The position numbers and the translations under genes are program-made. This document shows, one piece after another, positions 46,313 through 50,868 of a stretch of DNA of 50,868 nucleotides (the first letter of the stretch is position 1; each line of letters opens with the position of its first letter). Source of the stretch: Candidatus Nanoarchaeia archaeon (lineage in GTDB: Bacteria; Patescibacteriota; Microgenomatia; Woykebacterales; RBG-16-39-9b); NCBI GenBank assembly GCA_036514715.1, contig DATBWR010000006.1:1-50868 (forward strand), written 5' to 3'. A model generated the notes under the pieces. The model ran no database searches. It saw nothing but the letters and a program-made list of their open reading frames with translations, and was not told the DNA's origin.

Positions 46313-46566
46313 TTAGGTTTGGAAAAGGTGTCAAGAAGTTTAATTCTTAGGAATTTCTGGAAGAAAAAAGCGGCAAGAGGTCTTTTATAAACATTTGCTA
46401 AGTCTCTTAGTTGAGGGATTGAAACTTTTGCATCACCGTTTTCTATCTTATCAATAAATTCTTCAGAGACTTTTAGTCTAGAGGCAACTTCAGACTTACT
46501 TTTATTAAAACTTTCTCTTGCCCACTTTAAAAGGTTTGAATTTATTTTTGCTTCAATATTAGGCAT
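46303..46566 (-). pseudogene. XRE/HTH regulator N-terminal fragment (likely truncated XRE-ImmA/IrrE fusion)
   Basis: LLKWARES...VASRL...IENGDAKVSIPQLRDLANVYKRPLAAFF; the ORF then reads through the junction repeat into the palindrome. Confidence 0.65.
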
Positions 46567-46684
46567 AAACGGAGTTTACTATTTTACTATTTTGTCTACA
46601 ACGCTACTAAGTATAATCTATACTCTCATTTTCTCTCTAAATTAATCCGTAAGGTTGTAAACCCTTTGGTCAACTTTAATATTA

Positions 46685-47786
46685 TTAAAAACTGGAAAAA
46701 CCAAAATCCTCACCAACCGGTTTGAGTCGATCGTCCCCTACCATCGCCACTCCAATTTTCAAACTGTTAATAAAACTTACGTATCTATTGTCTTGCGGTG
46801 TTTGTGAAGGAACAATTAATTTATGTTTTTGGTCAAAGTTTAGGCTATTGTCTTCTGCAAATTTCTGAACATCAAAATATTCATATTCAAATAGCTGGGC
46901 AATTCCTTTCCGTGCTTGAGTTCGGAAATTGTTATTTTCCGTACTCTTTACCTCGAAAAGAAACGCATTTTTATCGTTGTGAGCAAACAGGTCAACAGTT
47001 CGGCTGTTACGGGTATCGTAACCGTGTTTTCTAAACAAATCTATGAGTTGTTGGAGAATTGACTGGTGCGTTAAGTTTGCACGGTCAAGAATTTCATTGT
47101 CGCGAATATACTGCGAAGTAGGCTCACGAATAACTCTAGTTTTCACACTATCGAAAATCTTCAATGTGTCTGCGTAACGCAAGGCTTCATCTGCATTTTT
47201 AATCTCGTACGACTGTCTGTCAGCTTCCTCAATTTTTAAGCCTAGCTTGAGTCTAGACGAGTCAACATTTTCATAACCAGAATAAAGATAAAGTGGTCTT
47301 TTGTCGAAAAGTATTTTATTTGAGACTTCCGGTCTGACCGAGGAAAAACTTCCCATTTTTGGGAACTCTGGAATTTGGCCTAAGGGGATGTAGTTTTCAA
47401 GTAATTTGTCGACTAGTATCGTTGTTTCTGCAGTATTTTGTGATGTCGGGTTTTGCCATGTGCTAGGATCAGGTAATTCGCTGAAAAGGTAAATTTCTGA
47501 AAGTGGTACTAGAAGTGGCCAACGATTTGTATTGTTAACAGTTTCGTAAAACCATAATGGGTTCTTCTTTTCAGAAAACCCTGGTCCTACAACACCCAAT
47601 CCTATGATGCCTGATCTCGCGTTTTTAAACGCAGAATTTTGGGTGCTGTGAATAAAGAATATATCATCCGGCCTTATTCTTATCCACTGGTCTCTTAACT
47701 CCTCTTGTAACCCCCACGTCATGTATTTTACGGCTGTTAACCAATGTTCCGGTGGTCCAGTAAATCTAAAAAAGCTCTTTTTTCAT
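46685..47786 (-). CDS. Putative EVE/PUA-like plus PD-(D/E)XK nuclease fusion with a 5' homopolymer frameshift
   Basis: N-terminal WG...W..IRPDDIFFIH and C-terminal VDLF...LFEVKS...IAQLFEY. The track ORF starts at 47722, but the frame is open to about 47782 and ATG 47786 is off by one at A6/T6 runs. Confidence 0.55.
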
Positions 47787-47811
47787 AATATAGAATCAAA
47801 ATCCATAATAT

Positions 47812-48489
47812 TTAACTAGTTTCAAAAAGCTGTGGTTTTACACTCGCAAAACTAAAGTAATTGTCACCAGCAACAATAATATGATCTAGTATATTAATAC
47901 CTAAAACTTGCCCAGCGTTAATTAATTGTTTAGTAACAGTCTCATCTTCTCTACTTGGTGATACATCTCCTGATGGATGATTATGAGAGATAATGATCTG
48001 AGCAGCTACGTGTTTCACTGCTGGCTCAAATACTTCCCTTGGGTGTATAAGGTTAACATTTAGCGAACCTACCGCTATAGTTTCCCGCTTAATTTCTTGG
48101 TTACGTGTGTCAAGAAAGAAAACAATAAAATGTTCTTTTTTATTATCTCGTATATCTTTTAACTCTTCCCAAACATCCTTTGGTGTAAGAATCAATGAAG
48201 TTTGCTTATTTTTCAGCAGTCGACGAGCTAATTCAAAGCTAGCCACAATACTTGAAGCTTTAGCACTTCCCAAACCGAAGGTACCTTTTAACTCTTTTAC
48301 GTCGGCAATTGAAAGATTGTTGCCAGCAAATTTATGAAGTATTTTTCTTGAGAGTTCAATCGCGTTTAATTCTTTAGTACCTGAACCTACTAGAATGGCC
48401 AAAAGCTCAGAATTAGATAGTTTTTCTGGGCCGTATTTCTCTAACTTCTCTCTAGGCCTCTCAATTTTCGTAAGCTCTTTAATCTTCAT
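47812..48489 (-). CDS. radC: RadC/JAB domain protein
   Basis: RPREKL, LIHPREVF and SHNHPSGD...PSRED...LDHII motifs. Confidence 0.95.
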   Translation of the reverse strand: MKIKELTKIERPREKLEKYGPEKLSNSELLAILVGSGTKELNAIELSRKILHKFAGNNLSIADVKELKGTFGLGSAKASSIVASFELARRLLKNKQTSLILTPKDVWEELKDIRDNKKEHFIVFFLDTRNQEIKRETIAVGSLNVNLIHPREVFEPAVKHVAAQIIISHNHPSGDVSPSREDETVTKQLINAGQVLGINILDHIIVAGDNYFSFASVKPQLFETS

Positions 48490-48493
48490 ATAT

Positions 48494-48871
48494 TTAAAGT
48501 TTATTATATTTCGTGTGCTTTCCCTTCGCTTTTTTGACTGGGTATTTTTTCTCGTTTATCTTCTGTTTTTTGTTGAACTCTTTAACAATATCTATCTCTA
48601 AATCGTGGCTTATTAAGAGAATCCAATATAAAACATCTGCCAACTCTTCACCAATCTCGCTTTTGTGTTTCTTCACATAATCTTCAATTTCCTGAGTATT
48701 TTTCCACTGAAAATGCTCCAAAACTTCAGCTGCTTCCAAAACCAAGGAAAGTGCGGTGTCTTTCGGGTTGTGAAACTGCCGCCAATCTCTGGCGTCCCGA
48801 AACTTGATTATTTTTTCTTGTAGATCCTTTATTGTCTGGGTTGTTTTATTCATAAGGAAGCTGAAATTCAT
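48494..48871 (-). CDS. MazG-like nucleotide pyrophosphohydrolase
   Basis: FRDARDWRQFHNPKD...EAAEVLEHFQW...EELADV motif. Confidence 0.92.
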   Translation of the reverse strand: MNFSFLMNKTTQTIKDLQEKIIKFRDARDWRQFHNPKDTALSLVLEAAEVLEHFQWKNTQEIEDYVKKHKSEIGEELADVLYWILLISHDLEIDIVKEFNKKQKINEKKYPVKKAKGKHTKYNKL

Positions 48872-49079
48872 CCATCAAAGCGTCGTAAAGGTTATCTTTT
48901 TCTTTAAAAATGGGTCTTAATTTTGCGTATTTATTCCAAATATCTTCTACAAAAAGTTCAATTGCTTTGGCACTTGTTTCCGAAACATGTAACTTAAATT
49001 CTCTTGCCAGGGCCTTTATTAACGACAATTTACTTATAACAGGGCCGTTTAAAATTTCTTCAACTGTTGGTTCTTCCAT
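48846..49079 (-). CDS. Hypothetical protein
   Basis: 77-aa ORF co-oriented and tightly packed. Confidence 0.55.
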   Translation of the reverse strand: MEEPTVEEILNGPVISKLSLIKALAREFKLHVSETSAKAIELFVEDIWNKYAKLRPIFKEKDNLYDALMDEFQLPYE

Positions 49080-49082
49080 AAC

Positions 49083-49382
49083 TTAAAAAACTTTCTTGTA
49101 ATAAAGGTTACTTATGGGATCTCCAATCAAACTCCCTAAAATACCCTCTATTTTTAGTAACAATCTCTTGTCTTCAGATCTAATGCTTGCACTTACTTCA
49201 GAACCACGCTTTGTTTTACAAAGAAGTTTTAGGGCTTTCCCATGGCTCCCAATTTCGGTTCCGTTGAGAAAAATATTGTTCCATCCACTTTCCATATCAT
49301 CAATATTAGTTCCACCAAAACCGCTGGGTAATTTAAGCAGGCCTTCTCTTTTAAGATCATTAAGACTTCTTTTTGGTTCCAT
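49083..49382 (-). CDS. Hypothetical protein
   Basis: 99-aa ORF with TGG-TATAAT upstream at about 49411-49419. Confidence 0.55.
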   Translation of the reverse strand: MEPKRSLNDLKREGLLKLPSGFGGTNIDDMESGWNNIFLNGTEIGSHGKALKLLCKTKRGSEVSASIRSEDKRLLLKIEGILGSLIGDPISNLYYKKVF

Positions 49383-49487
49383 AAAAACCTACTTTTCATT
49401 AGGCACGCGGATTATACCACCAAGCAGGCTAAAAATCTAACCTACTGACAGGTTGGCGAATGTTATAGGACAAAGATTAACTTTTTA

Positions 49488-49724
49488 TTAAACTGGGGTG
49501 AGGAATTGTTCTTTAATCTTCTCGGGGAGATTCTTAAGTGAGGTATTGAAGTTTTTTGAGGCCTCAAAGATTTCCAGGTAAACCGGTTTATCGGCCTTAT
49601 CCACATGCATAATTGCATGAGGCTCCACGTCAAAGGAATCATCAACTTTTTCTTTGGAGAAGAAAACGTTTAAAACATCTTCCTCAGGTTCATATTTTAT
49701 TTCTAACACGTCAAGGTTTTGCAT
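49488..49724 (-). CDS. DUF2283 family putative antitoxin
   Basis: IKYEPEEDVLNV...LEIFEAS pattern. Confidence 0.8.
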   Translation of the reverse strand: MQNLDVLEIKYEPEEDVLNVFFSKEKVDDSFDVEPHAIMHVDKADKPVYLEIFEASKNFNTSLKNLPEKIKEQFLTPV

Positions 49725-49968
49725 AGCGGCCTTTCCTGGCTACATGAAAGGTAATTACCGAAATTATATCATCTCTAACCTCATACACAACCCTTAACAC
49801 GTGGTCTTGGTCTATTGATTTTATGGCTGTTGGTTGATGATATTTAGTTTGCCCTTGAAATTCCGGGTTATTTATCGCGCCTTCTACCAAATCTAAACTT
49901 ATATCCCAACCTAGTTCTCTCAAGAATTCTTGTTTATTAAGAGCGTGTCTTGTAAAGGTAACCTTCAT
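49711..49968 (-). CDS. DUF4258-like (RelE/BrnT-fold) putative toxin
   Basis: FTRHAL...LRVVYE...VITF; overlaps DUF2283, toxin-first order. Confidence 0.75.
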   Translation of the reverse strand: MKVTFTRHALNKQEFLRELGWDISLDLVEGAINNPEFQGQTKYHQPTAIKSIDQDHVLRVVYEVRDDIISVITFHVARKGRYAKP

Positions 49969-50036
49969 CTATTCTGATTTTACAAGGTTGGCAGCTAAAA
50001 TTCGACTTTTTAGACTGATCCCTTGTTTATTAGCTT

Positions 50037-50249
50037 TTGTGGAGTACACTTGAAAGAGTGACTGAAAACGTTAGTAATTTTATTTCTTTTCATAACGCCA
50101 ACATAATCAGCACGGACTTAACCGCAAGCTTTGAAACTCTTTCTGCTTTTGCGGCCAAAAAATCCATCGCCTTAGACGATCTCTCCATAGAAAAGCACCG
50201 CCTGCCTTTCATCAACTGGCTCACCGGCCTGGTTAGTCCCCAAATCTAA
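50037..50249 (+). pseudogene. Possible gene fragment
   Basis: 70-aa ORF with no clear start context, opposite to the island orientation. Confidence 0.25.
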
Positions 50250-50291
50250 ATTACTAAGTAAAATAAAGATTAGTTTTGATTATTAGATAAA

Positions 50292-50315
50292 ATATATGAA
50301 TAGTTATTCATATAT
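50292..50315. repeat. Palindrome ATATATGAAT-AGTT-ATTCATATAT (copy 4 of 4)
   Basis: Perfect 10-4-10 inverted repeat, followed by TATTTGTCTTG as in copy 1. Confidence 0.85.
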
Positions 50316-50389
50316 TATTTGTCTTGTGGAAAAAGAAAAGCGGCTTGGTGTATAGAACATCAAACCGCCCTGAGTTTGGCGTGTCTCCT

Positions 50390-50836
50390 TTAAACCTCGA
50401 CGACCGATACACGTGCGCTGCCAATCCGATCGAGTAGGTCACCCAGACCGTGGCCCGTTGTGGTGATGATTTTGTAACCGGCTCGGAACGCAACTGTGTC
50501 AGCATCCCAGAGATCGAAATGATCGCGGATCGAAGTCCAGAACATCCCGCGTATGACGGTGGCCTTACTTTGTAAATCCGCGAACTTGACTTTTGCCTCG
50601 TCCCGTTCGGCCTTACTAACAGCTAGTGTGGAGCTTGACTTCGCTACCACGGCACCATGGGCCAAAAGGCGCCAGAGGGTAAGGAGTACTTTCTGGTCAT
50701 CGGTCATCTCACCAACGACCTTCTCTGTCTCCTCGTCGACTTCCCCATCGGGCTGATAGAGGTTCCTCTCGATCTCCTCCTGCGTGTAGGGGACTTTGAA
50801 CGGCAGATGCTCCACCAAAGAACTGGTCATTACCAC
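50390..50836 (-). CDS. Hypothetical protein, GC-richer, strong SD
   Basis: 148-aa ORF preceded by AAAGAAAGGAG. Confidence 0.65.
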   Translation of the reverse strand: MVMTSSLVEHLPFKVPYTQEEIERNLYQPDGEVDEETEKVVGEMTDDQKVLLTLWRLLAHGAVVAKSSSTLAVSKAERDEAKVKFADLQSKATVIRGMFWTSIRDHFDLWDADTVAFRAGYKIITTTGHGLGDLLDRIGSARVSVVEV

Positions 50837-50868
50837 TTGTCTCCTTTCTTTGAACTATTAGAGGCGGG

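Larger units (their letters stand above)
43744..46337. repeat. Five dispersed copies of a ~21-bp direct repeat GTTTGGAAAATCTGTCAAGAA at cassette junctions
   Basis: Copies at 43744-43765, 44265-44285, 44996-45016, 45758-45778 and 46317-46337; copies 2 and 3 are identical. Confidence 0.85.

Noticed and set aside
43744-46337. Classical integron attC sites or CRISPR repeats
   Set aside because: No GTTRRRY/RYYYAAC palindromic attC structure and no intI. The intervals are 0.5-0.8 kb of coding DNA, not spacers.
48486-48494. TTCATATAT half-site at the radC start
   Set aside because: Only one arm of the 24-bp palindrome in AT-rich DNA; likely chance.
1-50868. Alternative genetic code (UGA=Gly as in Gracilibacteria/Absconditabacteria)
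   Set aside because: TGA terminates conserved genes at their expected ends (for example rplB and rplW), and the core proteins are full length in code 11.

Overview
Chromosomal window from a CPR/Patescibacteria bacterium, probably Microgenomates-like. This is inferred from the gene set, the absence of rpmD between rpsE and rplO, and the many starts 7-8 nt after a -10 box. TGA is used as a stop, so the code is standard code 11. Left third: housekeeping genes (DUF3048, DUF5679, dedA, YifB/ComM, RNase P RNA, miaA, HU, ymdB-rny-recX-recA) and tRNA-Pro(GGG). An accessory stretch of small genes follows (about 15.2-23.3 kb), then the complete str-S10-spc-alpha ribosomal superoperon with rplM-rpsI (23.3-43.6 kb, minus strand). 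Last is a co-oriented toxin-antitoxin/defence island upstream of rpsL (43.7-50.9 kb). The most unusual signals are non-coding. (1) Eight copies of CTTGTA-stem-loop-TATAAT, in which the -10 box is the 3' arm of a hairpin whose upper stem covaries. (2) A 21-bp direct repeat at five cassette junctions of the TA/defence island, giving an integron-like array with no integrase in the window. (3) Four copies of a 24-bp palindrome ATATATGAAT-N4-ATTCATATAT. (4) A REP-like hairpin mosaic that repeats the rpsD C-terminal codons and also interrupts a tRNA 3'-end fragment. All calls are from reading the sequence; no database search was run.
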